Assembly: GCA_002793515.1 (NCBI GenBank)
Contig: PFEU01000008.1
Location: 6,824 to 70,823, forward strand
Length of the DNA stretch: 64,000 bases
Direction: 5' to 3'
DNA from: Candidatus Uhrbacteria bacterium CG10_big_fil_rev_8_21_14_0_10_48_16
GTDB taxonomy: Bacteria > Patescibacteriota > Patescibacteriia > UBA9934 > GWF2-40-263
Shown: one piece after another, positions 1 to 10,945 of the stretch
Position numbering within the stretch: the stretch's first letter is position 1
Layout: every line of letters starts with the position of its first letter
Notes under the pieces: model-generated
Databases searched by the model: none
Told to the model about the DNA's origin: nothing
What the model saw: only the letters and a program-made list of their open reading frames with translations
Program-made: the position numbers and the translations under genes

Positions 1-1891
<1,891 letters not shown>

Positions 1892-1932
1892 AAGAATTTG
1901 AGTGGTTAAAAATAAGATGAGAAAAAATGACG

Positions 1933-1959
1933 CTAGCAGTCTCGCTATGAGAGTGCTAA
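1933..1959 (-). promoter_or_regulatory. CIRCE-like inverted repeat (HrcA operator) upstream of groES
   Basis: On the minus strand it reads TTAGCACTC-tcatagcga-GACTGCTAG. The left half is perfect and the right half has 2 mismatches against the consensus TTAGCACTC-N9-GAGTGCTAA. It lies between a TTGACA -35 box and the groES ATG. Confidence 0.6.
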
Positions 1960-1961
1960 CG

Positions 1962-1995
1962 ACATCATTTTGATCAAAGTTGAATCGTCTGTCAA
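1962..1995 (-). promoter_or_regulatory. Putative sigma-70 promoter of the groES-groEL operon
   Basis: Minus strand shows TTGACA (revcomp at 1990-1995) followed about 17 nt later by CAAAAT / TCAAAAT -10-like hexamers, immediately upstream of the CIRCE element. Confidence 0.4.
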
Positions 1996-3260
1996 GCCTC
2001 ACTCCCCCATTTCACCATTGTGCCAAACGCAAGAGCTCCTAATGCCATTCCAGGCCAAAACGTCCAAAGATAATGATCGAACAAACCAATCACAAGAAAA
2101 CTTGCTCCAATCGTCAAGGCAAAGAGGCCATTTGCTGACCGTCGTCTCGCATGGACGACCATATCCATTTGGTACAACCAATAAAAAAGCATAACGAATC
2201 CCACAATTCCAAGCTCTGCAAGAATGAGAAGGAACGTGTTATGAATAGGTTGATACGACCAAACAGGATGATCTGGATCAAGAGATGCCAGCGTAAACGT
2301 ATAGGCATTTGGTCCCACCCCTAAAAGTGGCGCCTCCCAAAAAATATCTCCAAAGGTTTGATATTGACTCGCCCGCTCTTCAATCGAAATCGCCTCAATG
2401 CGGATCGTAGGATTAAACCGAGAAATTACTTGCGAATGAAAAACACCAAGGGTTACAAGAATCGAGGCAAGACCCAAGATCATCATCGGAAACGCTCGTC
2501 GTGGCGGGATTTTTTTCTGCCAAAACATCATTCCCATAAGCAAGAAGAATGCCGTGAACAGTCCAAGCCAGGCAGAACGTGAAAACGTCACAATCAGCGT
2601 TGCTCCCAAAGCAACTGACCCAAGAATGCCAACGATACGATGAGTAAAGCGCTCAACAAATCGTGAAAGCCAGACAAGAGCGATGATCCCAAAAGCCACA
2701 TACCCTCCAAAAATATTTGGATGGGGAAATGTTCCGTACGCTCTGAGCATTCTGCCGGATACCGTCTCTACAACCGCCACACCAGGAGTTACAGCATCTT
2801 TTGAGGCCACACCCAATGCCGTGGATGCTTGGCTTGACCCATAAAGAACTTGAACCCATCCAAGGAGGATAGGAACCATGAGACCAAGGAGAAAGATAGA
2901 CAACACCTGCTTGATATTCGTTCGCTCATCGGTAATGAGAAAGAAGAACATTCCTGCGGAAACCATATGAATCATATGGAACCACCCGACTCCTACGATC
3001 CCGCTAAAACTCAGAGAAAAAAAGGCGACTGCCAAAAAGAAATAGAGTGCTTGCCATGTACGACGAACCAGTCCATGTGTTTGTTGACGACCACGCAGAA
3101 GAAACGCAAACGCAATCAGAATCTCAACCACGTAGAGAGAAAACACCCCAAACTGAGAAGGCTCTCCTGAAACAAGAAGTGTTGAAATGATCCACTGTGT
3201 TTGCCAAGGTAAAAAAAAGACGGAAAGCAAGAAAAGGATGTTCGCAAATTTTGGAATCAT
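1992..3260 (-). CDS. O-antigen ligase (Wzy_C) family polytopic membrane protein
   Basis: 422 aa, about 10-12 predicted TM helices. Central motif TFSRSAWLGLFTAFFLLMG and periplasmic-loop region typical of WaaL / O-antigen polymerase / PglL-type Wzy_C proteins. Confidence 0.7.
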   Translation of the reverse strand: MIPKFANILFLLSVFFLPWQTQWIISTLLVSGEPSQFGVFSLYVVEILIAFAFLLRGRQQTHGLVRRTWQALYFFLAVAFFSLSFSGIVGVGWFHMIHMVSAGMFFFLITDERTNIKQVLSIFLLGLMVPILLGWVQVLYGSSQASTALGVASKDAVTPGVAVVETVSGRMLRAYGTFPHPNIFGGYVAFGIIALVWLSRFVERFTHRIVGILGSVALGATLIVTFSRSAWLGLFTAFFLLMGMMFWQKKIPPRRAFPMMILGLASILVTLGVFHSQVISRFNPTIRIEAISIEERASQYQTFGDIFWEAPLLGVGPNAYTFTLASLDPDHPVWSYQPIHNTFLLILAELGIVGFVMLFYWLYQMDMVVHARRRSANGLFALTIGASFLVIGLFDHYLWTFWPGMALGALAFGTMVKWGSEA

Positions 3261-4183
3261 ACGTGTCGATCAAGGAGCGATTCAAATGTTTCACGGAACT
3301 CTGCCCGACGATCATTCTCATGAAATTTCAACATCTCATCGGTCACCACCACGCGAGAATCAAGATTGGCAATCTCGCGTAAATGCGACGGAAGACGATT
3401 TCTTTGAATAAGCCGGTACAACGATTCCCCCACCCTCCACTGGATAGGCAAGCTTGGGAAGCGGAGAGGTTGATGCATAGGATGAAGGGTGCGAGGATGC
3501 GCATTTGGAAGGGTGTGCGTCACCCATCGATTCTCCTTACGAAACTGATCAAAATTCTCATCACGATCAAAGACAGGAACAAGAGATCTCACCCAAAACG
3601 CCATGTAGTAATCTCGAGGAAGACATAATTCCTCCATGCCCAGCTTCTCTCGCGTCGCAAAAAAACTAAAACAAAATGGATCCTGTGCTTCTTGAGAATT
3701 CGTCCCGTGATTTGGTCTATGCCCTGTGAGGAGAAATGGAAGCACAAGCCAAAAACGCGAAGACCAAATAGCTCCCGTTTTGGTTACGACATACAAATCA
3801 ATATCACTCTGTGGAGTTGTCCCCCACCACGCCATCGTGTTCACCGCCCCCACCGCTCGAACAGCCGGAAGAAGGTAGAAATACTTTGCCACACGACGAA
3901 GGAGGACATACTTACGTTCCGCATCTAAAAATCGGATCTGTCGTTCCTGGATAAGAGACCCTATATCCTGTCCTCTGAGCGCATAAAACCCTTCATGAGA
4001 CTCGAGCTTCATTTTGAGCCATTCACTTTTGTCTAGAACGGTATAGATTTCTGAAAGATCGTACGCCCGTTCCGGAGTCAGGAGCCACTTCCAAATCTCA
4101 AACACCGTTAGAGGAGAAGAAAACATCGAAAACCAAAGAATTGTTCGCATGACGGATTGTTCAAGATCAGTCTGTTGCCCCAT
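3257..4183 (-). CDS. Hypothetical protein with a possible minimal nucleotidyltransferase-fold motif
   Basis: 308 aa, ATG start, 4-nt overlap with the downstream ligase gene. Segment GAVNTMAWWGTTPQSDIDLYVV resembles the G[ST]-x(9-13)-DxD signature of Pol-beta-type NTases. No other recognisable motif. Confidence 0.45.
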   Translation of the reverse strand: MGQQTDLEQSVMRTILWFSMFSSPLTVFEIWKWLLTPERAYDLSEIYTVLDKSEWLKMKLESHEGFYALRGQDIGSLIQERQIRFLDAERKYVLLRRVAKYFYLLPAVRAVGAVNTMAWWGTTPQSDIDLYVVTKTGAIWSSRFWLVLPFLLTGHRPNHGTNSQEAQDPFCFSFFATREKLGMEELCLPRDYYMAFWVRSLVPVFDRDENFDQFRKENRWVTHTLPNAHPRTLHPMHQPLRFPSLPIQWRVGESLYRLIQRNRLPSHLREIANLDSRVVVTDEMLKFHENDRRAEFRETFESLLDRHV

Positions 4184-4226
4184 ATGAACGCATCTTACCA
4201 GTGCACCCCGCTTTAGGCTTGTGGAT

Positions 4227-4257
4227 GAAAAAAACGGCCCCGAGTGGAGCCGTTTTT
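4227..4257 (-). terminator. Rho-independent terminator downstream of yidC
   Basis: Minus strand reads a GC hairpin (acggcTCCACTCGGGgccgt) followed by a run of 7 T, immediately after the yidC stop. Confidence 0.5.
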
Positions 4258-4989
4258 CTATTCATTTGAACCTCGGATCTTTGAAAAAACAAACTGTTGC
4301 TGAAGGATCGAGACAATATTCACGGTCACCCAATACAAGGTCAATCCCGCTGGCAGAGTGGAACCGATCACAACCGTAATCGCAGGCATAAACATGAGCA
4401 TAGACTTATTCATGCTCGCCAGCATATTTTCATCCATGGCCCCTTTCTTTCCCTTTACCTGCGTCGGCGGACGACGGTGCATAAGCATCCGTGTCTGCAT
4501 AAACTGGAAGTATCCTGCAAGAATCGCTAAATAGATACTCGCAACGGAAAGATCAATCACTCCAAAAAATACATGATTAATCTCTCCAGGATTTACCACG
4601 AAGCTATACAACTGCTCCAACGTCTCGGCTCCAAACCCGGCAAGCAAGACCTGGTACAACGCAATCAAGATAGGAAGCTGTACAAGCAACGGGAGACAAG
4701 ACGCCAAGGGGTTCACCTTCTCTGTTTGATACAACTCCATCATGGCCTTCGCCAGTGCTTCTTTATTGTCTGCGTGCGCACTCTTCAATTCCTCGATTTT
4801 TGGCTGAAGTTCTTGAAGCGCTTTTTGAGATTTGAGCGACTTACTCATGAACGGCCACAAAACCAATTTAATCAAAATGGTTAGAGCAATAATCGCGAAT
4901 CCAATATCGACGCCCCCAAAGATGTTATAGAAAAACACCAAGAGGTTAAAAATTGGAACGTATAGAACGTTATGAAATAGCTCCCCCAT
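4258..4989 (-). CDS. yidC: Membrane protein insertase YidC (short YidC/Oxa1 type)
   Basis: 243 aa with a 5-TM core. Conserved YidC segments include LWPFMSKSLKSQKALQELQPKIEELK and MFMPAITVVIGSTLPAGLTLYWVTVNIVSILQQ. Confidence 0.85.
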   Translation of the reverse strand: MGELFHNVLYVPIFNLLVFFYNIFGGVDIGFAIIALTILIKLVLWPFMSKSLKSQKALQELQPKIEELKSAHADNKEALAKAMMELYQTEKVNPLASCLPLLVQLPILIALYQVLLAGFGAETLEQLYSFVVNPGEINHVFFGVIDLSVASIYLAILAGYFQFMQTRMLMHRRPPTQVKGKKGAMDENMLASMNKSMLMFMPAITVVIGSTLPAGLTLYWVTVNIVSILQQQFVFSKIRGSNE

Positions 4990-4994
4990 ATCGA

Positions 4995-6284
4995 TTAGTT
5001 TTCAGTTTCTTGAATCGCTTCTTCTGTCTGTGGCTCAGCAACGGTCTCCGCCCCTCCCTCTTCTGTTGGTGCGACGGCAGGTTCTTCGGAAGAAATTGTT
5101 TCTGTCTCTTCTTTTGCTTCTTCGTCTCCTGAGATATTAATCTTCCAACCCGTAATCTTTGCTGCGAGACGCACGTTCTGCCCACCCTTTCCAATCGCCA
5201 AAGAAAGCTGATCTTCTTTTACTTTTACGAAGGCAGACTTCTCTTCTTCCTGAAGGACGAGGGAAGTAATTTTTGCCGGAGAAAGCGCATTACTGATGAA
5301 AACAGATGGATCTTCGCTCCACTCAATAATATCAATCTTCTCTCCACCAAGTTCCGCAATAATTGTCTGAATACGTGTCCCACGCTGGCCAATACAAGCT
5401 CCAATAGGATCGATATTTTGATCTGAAGTCGAGACCGCAACCTTTGAACGTGAGCCTGCTTCTCGAGCAATCCCCTTGATCTGAACAAGGCCTTCCCCAA
5501 TTTCTGGAATCTCGAACTCAAACAATGTTTGAACCATTTCCTCCGCCGTGCGAGACACGAGAATCTCTGGGCCTTTTGTCGTGAGTCCCACCTGACGAAC
5601 AAACACTTTGATCCGATCCCCTGGATTATATCGCTCAGTTGGAATCTGATCCTCTGAACGCATGACTGCGGTTGTGCGACCAAGATCGACAAGAACAATA
5701 CGACCTTCACGTCGTTGTACGGTCCCGTTCATGATCGTCCCCTCGTGTTCCTTAAACTCGCTGAAGATAATCTCACGTTCTGCCTCACGCAACTTTTGTG
5801 TGATCACTTGTTTCGCCGTCATAGCTGCCATACGACCAAATCCTCCTGGGGTAGGCATTTCCGTCCGGATGACATCTCCAAGTTTTGAACCCATTTTCAG
5901 AACCTGCGCTTCAGACACCATAATGTCTGTCTTTGGGTTATAGCGCTGACCCATCTCATCCTCAACAGAAATCGCAGGAATACGTTCTCCGTTCTTTCGA
6001 GCTTCTTCAATCTGTCGCGCAAACGCTTCTGCACGCTCACGACGTTCTCCTTCAAGTTTCTCAAGTTCTTCAAGATCAATGTCTTCAACGACCGTCTTCA
6101 CATCAAAAATACGTGACTCAGCCGTTGCTGGATCGAATTCAACCTCGATATTACTATTCTTATCACCAAAGTCTTTTCGATAGGCAGCCGCAAGCGCAGA
6201 CTGAATGGCATCGATAACGGACTCATAGGCGAGACCTTTTTCCTCACAGATTTGGCGAATGGCTTGTTCAATGGGTGATGACAT
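4995..6284 (-). CDS. nusA: Transcription termination/antitermination factor NusA
   Basis: 429 aa. S1 region TAKQVITQKLREAEREIIFSEFKEHEGTIMNGTVQRR and KH domains FEFEIPEIGEGLVQIKGIAREAGSRSKVAVSTSDQNIDPIGACIGQRGTRIQTIIAELGGEKIDII align closely to NusA. Acidic C-terminal tail. Confidence 0.9.
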   Translation of the reverse strand: MSSPIEQAIRQICEEKGLAYESVIDAIQSALAAAYRKDFGDKNSNIEVEFDPATAESRIFDVKTVVEDIDLEELEKLEGERRERAEAFARQIEEARKNGERIPAISVEDEMGQRYNPKTDIMVSEAQVLKMGSKLGDVIRTEMPTPGGFGRMAAMTAKQVITQKLREAEREIIFSEFKEHEGTIMNGTVQRREGRIVLVDLGRTTAVMRSEDQIPTERYNPGDRIKVFVRQVGLTTKGPEILVSRTAEEMVQTLFEFEIPEIGEGLVQIKGIAREAGSRSKVAVSTSDQNIDPIGACIGQRGTRIQTIIAELGGEKIDIIEWSEDPSVFISNALSPAKITSLVLQEEEKSAFVKVKEDQLSLAIGKGGQNVRLAAKITGWKINISGDEEAKEETETISSEEPAVAPTEEGGAETVAEPQTEEAIQETEN

Positions 6285-6339
6285 AGATATTCAATTAACA
6301 AATGAACCCGTCATATCGACAGGTTCAGGCTCCCCAAGA

Positions 6340-6711
6340 CTACCAAAGAGTCTCCGGAATGTCAATGTTTTTAAGGTGTGTAATCTTCGGAAGTTCTTTC
6401 TGATATTCAATCGCGATCACATCAATCCGCCACGAAGACGCACAAAGATGTTTTTCTTGCAGATACACTTCTGCCACATGAAGAATGTGACGAATTTTTT
6501 CCTCTGTCACGGAGTCCTCTGGATATCCAAATACGGGAGTTCTGCGCGTTTTTACTTCAACAAAAACGACCTCTTCACCATCCTGGCAAATAAGGTCGAT
6601 CTCTCCAAATGATTTTTTATACTGTTTTTCGAGAATCAACAAGCCTTGTGAGGTCAAAAAATCTCCGGCGATCTGTTCTCCAACATCTCCAATCCTCCTC
6701 CGATCATGCAT
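6340..6711 (-). CDS. YraN/UPF0102 family endonuclease-like protein
   Basis: 123 aa with GEQIAGDFLTSQGLLILEKQYKKSFGEIDLICQDGEEVVFVEVKTRR, a restriction-endonuclease-like fold typical of the YraN family. Confidence 0.75.
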   Translation of the reverse strand: MHDRRRIGDVGEQIAGDFLTSQGLLILEKQYKKSFGEIDLICQDGEEVVFVEVKTRRTPVFGYPEDSVTEEKIRHILHVAEVYLQEKHLCASSWRIDVIAIEYQKELPKITHLKNIDIPETLW

Positions 6712-6712
6712 A

Positions 6713-7138
6713 CTATCGTCGACGTTTCTTTTTGGGTTTTGGTTTTGGAAGATACTTTGCTCGAGCTCGAAGGGATTCTGAACGAGCCTTCATGTCTGGA
6801 ATATCTCGCTTCACATAACGAACGATACGCACACTCCAAACAACGACAGCGATCACCCAAATAACATACCAGAAACGAGCTCCGAACAATTCAATCTGTT
6901 CAAAACTGAAAAAGAATAAAATCAATCCAAGTACTCCCATGGTCACTAATAGCGTGGAAATTCGATTTCCAATTTCACGCACATAGCGATCATCCCCTTT
7001 TCGATCAGCGACAATGCGACCAACGATTCCAAAGACAAGAACCCCAATAAAAAGGACAAAAATCAGATTTCCGATAAGTCCTCCAACCTCTGGAGGAGCC
7101 ATGGTGAACCAATAAGACGGTTGAAACAATGATGACAT
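6713..7138 (-). CDS. Hypothetical small membrane protein with a poly-basic C-terminal tail
   Basis: 3-4 predicted TM helices and a C-terminus KYLPKPKPKKKRRR. The ORF-track start at 7147 is TTG and has been trimmed to the ATG at 7138. Confidence 0.4.
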   Translation of the reverse strand: MSSLFQPSYWFTMAPPEVGGLIGNLIFVLFIGVLVFGIVGRIVADRKGDDRYVREIGNRISTLLVTMGVLGLILFFFSFEQIELFGARFWYVIWVIAVVVWSVRIVRYVKRDIPDMKARSESLRARAKYLPKPKPKKKRRR

Positions 7139-7190
7139 ACGATACAAGATAATTGATGTGCCGAAAGGTTAGCAAAGACAACCGGGCAAA

Positions 7191-7745
7191 TCAAGCGCCT
7201 CTTTGAAGAACGCGTCCCCAGTGATGCTCGCCTGCATCAAATCGATCGATCGTCTTGAACCCCACTTTTGTGGCCTCTGCCTCAAACCAGAGCGGATCCA
7301 CGATGTCTTCTTTCGCGACAAACATTTTTTGAGCGCTCGGTTTCCAGTCAACAACCAGCAACGTTCCTCCTGAAACAAGAAGTCGTCTTGCCTCACGCAA
7401 AGGCTCAGATCCTTTTTTTAGCTGATGCCCCATATTCACAAGAGACACCACCTGAAGAGAGCCTGGAGTGATCTTCACTCCGCCTGGACGCTCAATATCT
7501 CCCCACACCATATTCAGATGCGTGATCCCCGCCTCTCGCGCGCGCGAACGAATGGCCTCTAGGGCACTCTTCATGATATCGACGGCAAAGACCGTTCCAT
7601 TCTCCCCCACCAATTTTACGGCGGGAAAAATAAAATGTCCTAACGCTCCAGCCCCAAGGTCTGCATAGCTCATTCCGTCCTTAAGTCCAGCATGGGTAAG
7701 ACTCACGTACGGATCAAGCAACGCTCGTCCTGTTGCAATCACCAT
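7191..7745 (-). CDS. Class I SAM-dependent methyltransferase
   Basis: 184 aa with a glycine-rich SAM motif YADLGAGALGHF and the downstream acidic motif VFAVDI. Confidence 0.65.
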   Translation of the reverse strand: MVIATGRALLDPYVSLTHAGLKDGMSYADLGAGALGHFIFPAVKLVGENGTVFAVDIMKSALEAIRSRAREAGITHLNMVWGDIERPGGVKITPGSLQVVSLVNMGHQLKKGSEPLREARRLLVSGGTLLVVDWKPSAQKMFVAKEDIVDPLWFEAEATKVGFKTIDRFDAGEHHWGRVLQRGA

Positions 7746-7753
7746 AAAAAAGA

Positions 7754-8011
7754 TTAATCGCTTGTATGAGTTAAAATTCCAGCGAGATCTTCAAGGATCC
7801 CAGAAATAATATTTGTCGAGATAAAGATCCCAAGGAATACCACCGCCACTCCAAGAAGTTTATAAAAAAATCTTGATCCCCCCGCACCAAATTTCTCTTC
7901 AGCAAATGGCACGCTTCCAAACCAGGACAGGACGACGTCAGTTTTTTTCACCATAAAGAAACCCACAACCATGATGGCAAGCCCTAAAGGAATTCGTATA
8001 AATGGAGACAT
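7754..8011 (-). CDS. Small hypothetical membrane protein (85 aa, 2 TM)
   Basis: ATG-initiated ORF with two hydrophobic helices, 8 nt upstream of the methyltransferase gene. Confidence 0.4.
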   Translation of the reverse strand: MSPFIRIPLGLAIMVVGFFMVKKTDVVLSWFGSVPFAEEKFGAGGSRFFYKLLGVAVVFLGIFISTNIISGILEDLAGILTHTSD

Positions 8012-8094
8012 AACCCTTCTATGTTATCACAGAAGACTTGCCAAGACATCAGAAATTCGATAGCATTTCGAAAGTCCGCACCTCATAGATGTAC

Positions 8095-8171
8095 GGGCGT
8101 TTAGCTCAGTTGGTTAGAGCGTCTCGTTTACACCGAGAAGGCCGGGGGTTCGAGCCCCTCAACGCCCACCA
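8095..8171 (+). tRNA. tRNA-Val (anticodon TAC)
   Basis: GGGCGTTtaGCTCagttggttaGAGCgTCTCGtttacacCGAGAaggccGGGGGttcgagcCCCTCAACGCCCacca folds as a cloverleaf. The anticodon loop TTTACAC gives TAC. CCA is encoded. Confidence 0.9.
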
Positions 8172-8201
8172 AAAAACACCAGGAATTCCTGGTGTTTTTT
8201 G
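8172..8201. terminator. Bidirectional rho-independent terminator
   Basis: aaaaaACACCAGGAATTCCTGGTGTtttttt is a perfect palindromic hairpin flanked by an A-run and a T-run. It sits between the tRNA-Val (+) and the converging membrane-protein gene (-). Confidence 0.6.
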
Positions 8202-8212
8202 TATCATCAGAC

Positions 8213-9979
8213 CTACTTTATCGTTAGAAAGACTATCCCGGTTGTCGTATTTAGGTTGATCGAGTCATTATGTTCGCGAGCATAAAATGACTTCACTATG
8301 TACATCACCTTGACCTGCTCTGTCTCCAGGTACAAAACAACTTCATCATCCAATCCTTTGTCCGCCTCATCTTGAAGAATCTCTTTCAATGAAATGCTTC
8401 CAACCCATGTTTCGTCTAGATACATCTCGATCTCTTGCTGTTCTGCATTCAGATCAAACATGAATATCTTGTCATCAATTTGATATGTTTCGTTTCCAGA
8501 TCTTCCAATCTCAAAAAAGTATTCGTATCCAGAGGTCTTCCCAGCCAGAGAATCATTCGTATGACCATAATCGATTCGTGTCGATGCAGACGGTCTTACA
8601 GGATAGGTTGGATACGTGAGTCCAAATCCATGCTCCAACATGTACTCCCCTTGTTCCCATGTCTCTAGTCCTGACAAATCTACTTCTTCGTCTAGCCAAC
8701 CTTGCACAGAAGCCATAGCGTTTCTATCTTCAAGAAAATTCAGGACCGCACGGACTTGAGAAAAATCTTCCTCTGACATTTTAATCTCTGAGACAACATA
8801 TTTTCCCTCTTGAAAACGCCCGTTCTGTTCCAAGATCGACTCAAGTCGATCTACTTGTGAACGAATCGCTGTTGAGAATGCCCCCCATGGACCGACAGAC
8901 GTCACAAAGATCATCACAACCAGACTCACCGGAATGACCCGGAGATCTTTTACGTTGCGTATCAGGAGATAGAGGCTTACGCCAATCAGCCACAGCCCAA
9001 AGATAAACACGAAGTAGCGATTCTCTGTCACTCCATACTCAGAAACACGAAACCAAAGTGACCAAAAGAGCATAAACGCTTGAGGAATCATCGCAACGCA
9101 GAGTGCTATGCCTGCATACCTAATCCAACGCACCTGCTCACGGAGCGGAAACAACGTAATATACGTCAATAACCCTACCGCAGAAAAACCAAGAATAATG
9201 TATGCGAGTTGCCCTTGTGGCCATTCTCCCGTGAGAAGAATCTTGGCCGTATACACATACAAAATCACGAAATAGACCAACACTAACGGAACAAGGACAA
9301 ATTGAGAAAACAACCGAACTTCTTTTGGATACGACGCCTTCTCCAGGGCATCTATTGCCTTTGGCAGGCGACTCAAAAAGAAGGTTGTACAAAAGAGACC
9401 AACAATCACCACCCAAATTTCTGAATATCTCTCAGGGGGAATTTCTAGATCAAACAAGGTATCCGTCGCAAATAGCGCGGCAAAAATTCCAAACTGAATC
9501 GCAAGTGCCCAGACCCATGTGAGAAATGTCGAAAACACGAGTCGTCGACAAAATTCCCAAAACCGCAATACGGCTTGTGCCCCAGACTCACGGACAAATA
9601 GGATGAACGTCACCGTCAAAACCGAGGCGACCACCCACATGCCATGACGGATATAAAAGATCATCGCGTCTGGAGCGTCTATCTCTGGGAGAAATGTGTA
9701 GTACCCGGACATAAGGGCAATCAATACGATCGCTCCAAACCAAGACCACTCCTTTCTCCATCCCATCGCCTCGACAAATAACGTCACGATCACGGATACT
9801 GGCACCGTAAGCGCTAATGTGAAAAGCAGACGCATGGAGATTGGATCATCCTCAACATGAACGAGTCTCACACCAATAGCCGTTCCTATACCACAAAGCG
9901 TAATCGTGAATGGAAAGCGCACCATTACACGCTTTAACCCTTCAAAAATTGAAGAAAACGAAAGAATACTCAGTTTCAT
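8213..9979 (-). CDS. Large hypothetical integral membrane protein (about 10 TM) with a C-terminal soluble domain of about 200 aa
   Basis: 588 aa, ATG start. The N-terminal 380 aa are very hydrophobic. The C-terminal domain (…RSQVDRLESILEQNGRFQEGKYVVSEIK…) has no motif I can name. Confidence 0.55.
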   Translation of the reverse strand: MKLSILSFSSIFEGLKRVMVRFPFTITLCGIGTAIGVRLVHVEDDPISMRLLFTLALTVPVSVIVTLFVEAMGWRKEWSWFGAIVLIALMSGYYTFLPEIDAPDAMIFYIRHGMWVVASVLTVTFILFVRESGAQAVLRFWEFCRRLVFSTFLTWVWALAIQFGIFAALFATDTLFDLEIPPERYSEIWVVIVGLFCTTFFLSRLPKAIDALEKASYPKEVRLFSQFVLVPLVLVYFVILYVYTAKILLTGEWPQGQLAYIILGFSAVGLLTYITLFPLREQVRWIRYAGIALCVAMIPQAFMLFWSLWFRVSEYGVTENRYFVFIFGLWLIGVSLYLLIRNVKDLRVIPVSLVVMIFVTSVGPWGAFSTAIRSQVDRLESILEQNGRFQEGKYVVSEIKMSEEDFSQVRAVLNFLEDRNAMASVQGWLDEEVDLSGLETWEQGEYMLEHGFGLTYPTYPVRPSASTRIDYGHTNDSLAGKTSGYEYFFEIGRSGNETYQIDDKIFMFDLNAEQQEIEMYLDETWVGSISLKEILQDEADKGLDDEVVLYLETEQVKVMYIVKSFYAREHNDSINLNTTTGIVFLTIK

Positions 9980-10058
9980 ATGCCATTATCTTACAGAGTA
10001 CAGGTCCCTTTGTCACATCACACAAAACAAAAGACACGCTCATTGAGCCTGTCTTTTG

Positions 10059-10144
10059 TGGTGCGCGAGAGAGGACTTGAACCTCCACGGCCTTACGGCC
10101 ACCAGCCCCTCAAGCTGGCGTGTCTACCATTTCACCACCCGCGC
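10059..10144 (-). tRNA. tRNA-Leu (anticodon GAG), class II with a long variable arm
   Basis: Revcomp reads GCGCGGGtgGTGaaatggtagACACgCCAGCttgagggGCTGGtggccgtaaggccgtGGAGGttcaagtCCTCTCTCGCGCacca. Anticodon loop TTGAGGG gives GAG. Confidence 0.85.
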
Positions 10145-10201
10145 GTATCCTTTTTTCCGAGAGGATCATACAAGATCCTCCCGAAAAGATCAATCCTCCC
10201 A

Positions 10202-10939
10202 TCAAAACAGTCGATCTTTCCCTGCAATCACTTTAAGAAGCAATGGCTCAATCCCAATATCAAACCGCGTCGATTTCATCTCTTCTCCATCTACAAATAA
10301 TGAAATTGGCTTATCACTTCGAATTGCCATCGAAGAAAGCGGAAGAATACTTTCCTGTAATTGTGTCTGACCAAAAATCCCCCAACCTTTTTTCACTGCT
10401 GCCCGAATGACCGCTTCAAACCGTCCATCCCGCGGATCCGTCACGTCCGTCAAATTTCGAATCTCCAATGTCGCTTGGCGCACGACAGATGTCACACGAA
10501 ACTTATCTTCGCAGGTAATCTCTGCATGAAAATTTGGCATGGATAAGCCGGTGACAAATCGACGTCCATTCACCGTACCCACATCAATCTTCTCCACACG
10601 TCGAGCAGAAAGGATATCGCATGCCGCAACCCCTTCAGGAATTCCCATCATGCGTGCCAATTCATTTCCAGGCCCAATAGGAATAATTCCAAGAACCACG
10701 TCGCTATCGGCAACAACATCAATAACCTTCCGGATGGTCTCATCATTTCCAACCACCACAATCGTTGAAACCCCGTGATCGATTTCATCTCGAATCATCT
10801 CTTCCGCATTTCGAAACAAAGCCAGACGAGAAACCTTTCCCGCTATCCCAAGGTCTGTTAAACGATTCTCGATCTTTAAAAGTTCTCGTTCAAACCGCTT
10901 GTTCTCTTGGATGTACTCATCGTAGAGATAACAATACAT
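10202..10939 (-). CDS. Diacylglycerol kinase catalytic-domain family lipid kinase (YegS/DagK-like)
   Basis: 245 aa. IVVVGNDETIRKVIDV and IIPIGPGNELARMMGI match the DAGK_cat ATP-binding signature. Confidence 0.75.
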   Translation of the reverse strand: MYCYLYDEYIQENKRFERELLKIENRLTDLGIAGKVSRLALFRNAEEMIRDEIDHGVSTIVVVGNDETIRKVIDVVADSDVVLGIIPIGPGNELARMMGIPEGVAACDILSARRVEKIDVGTVNGRRFVTGLSMPNFHAEITCEDKFRVTSVVRQATLEIRNLTDVTDPRDGRFEAVIRAAVKKGWGIFGQTQLQESILPLSSMAIRSDKPISLFVDGEEMKSTRFDIGIEPLLLKVIAGKDRLF

Positions 10940-10945
10940 ACACGC

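Noticed and set aside
10145-10201. Imperfect long hairpin (TTTCCGAGAGGATC…GATCCTCCCGAAA) between the lipid kinase and tRNA-Leu, considered as a terminator
   Set aside because: It is followed on the relevant (minus) strand by an A-rich rather than T-rich tract. It could be a processing or attenuation structure but does not meet intrinsic-terminator criteria.
9980-10370. Two overlapping plus-strand ORFs (106 and 104 aa)
   Set aside because: They span tRNA-Leu(GAG) on the opposite strand and its flanks. No Shine-Dalgarno, no motifs.
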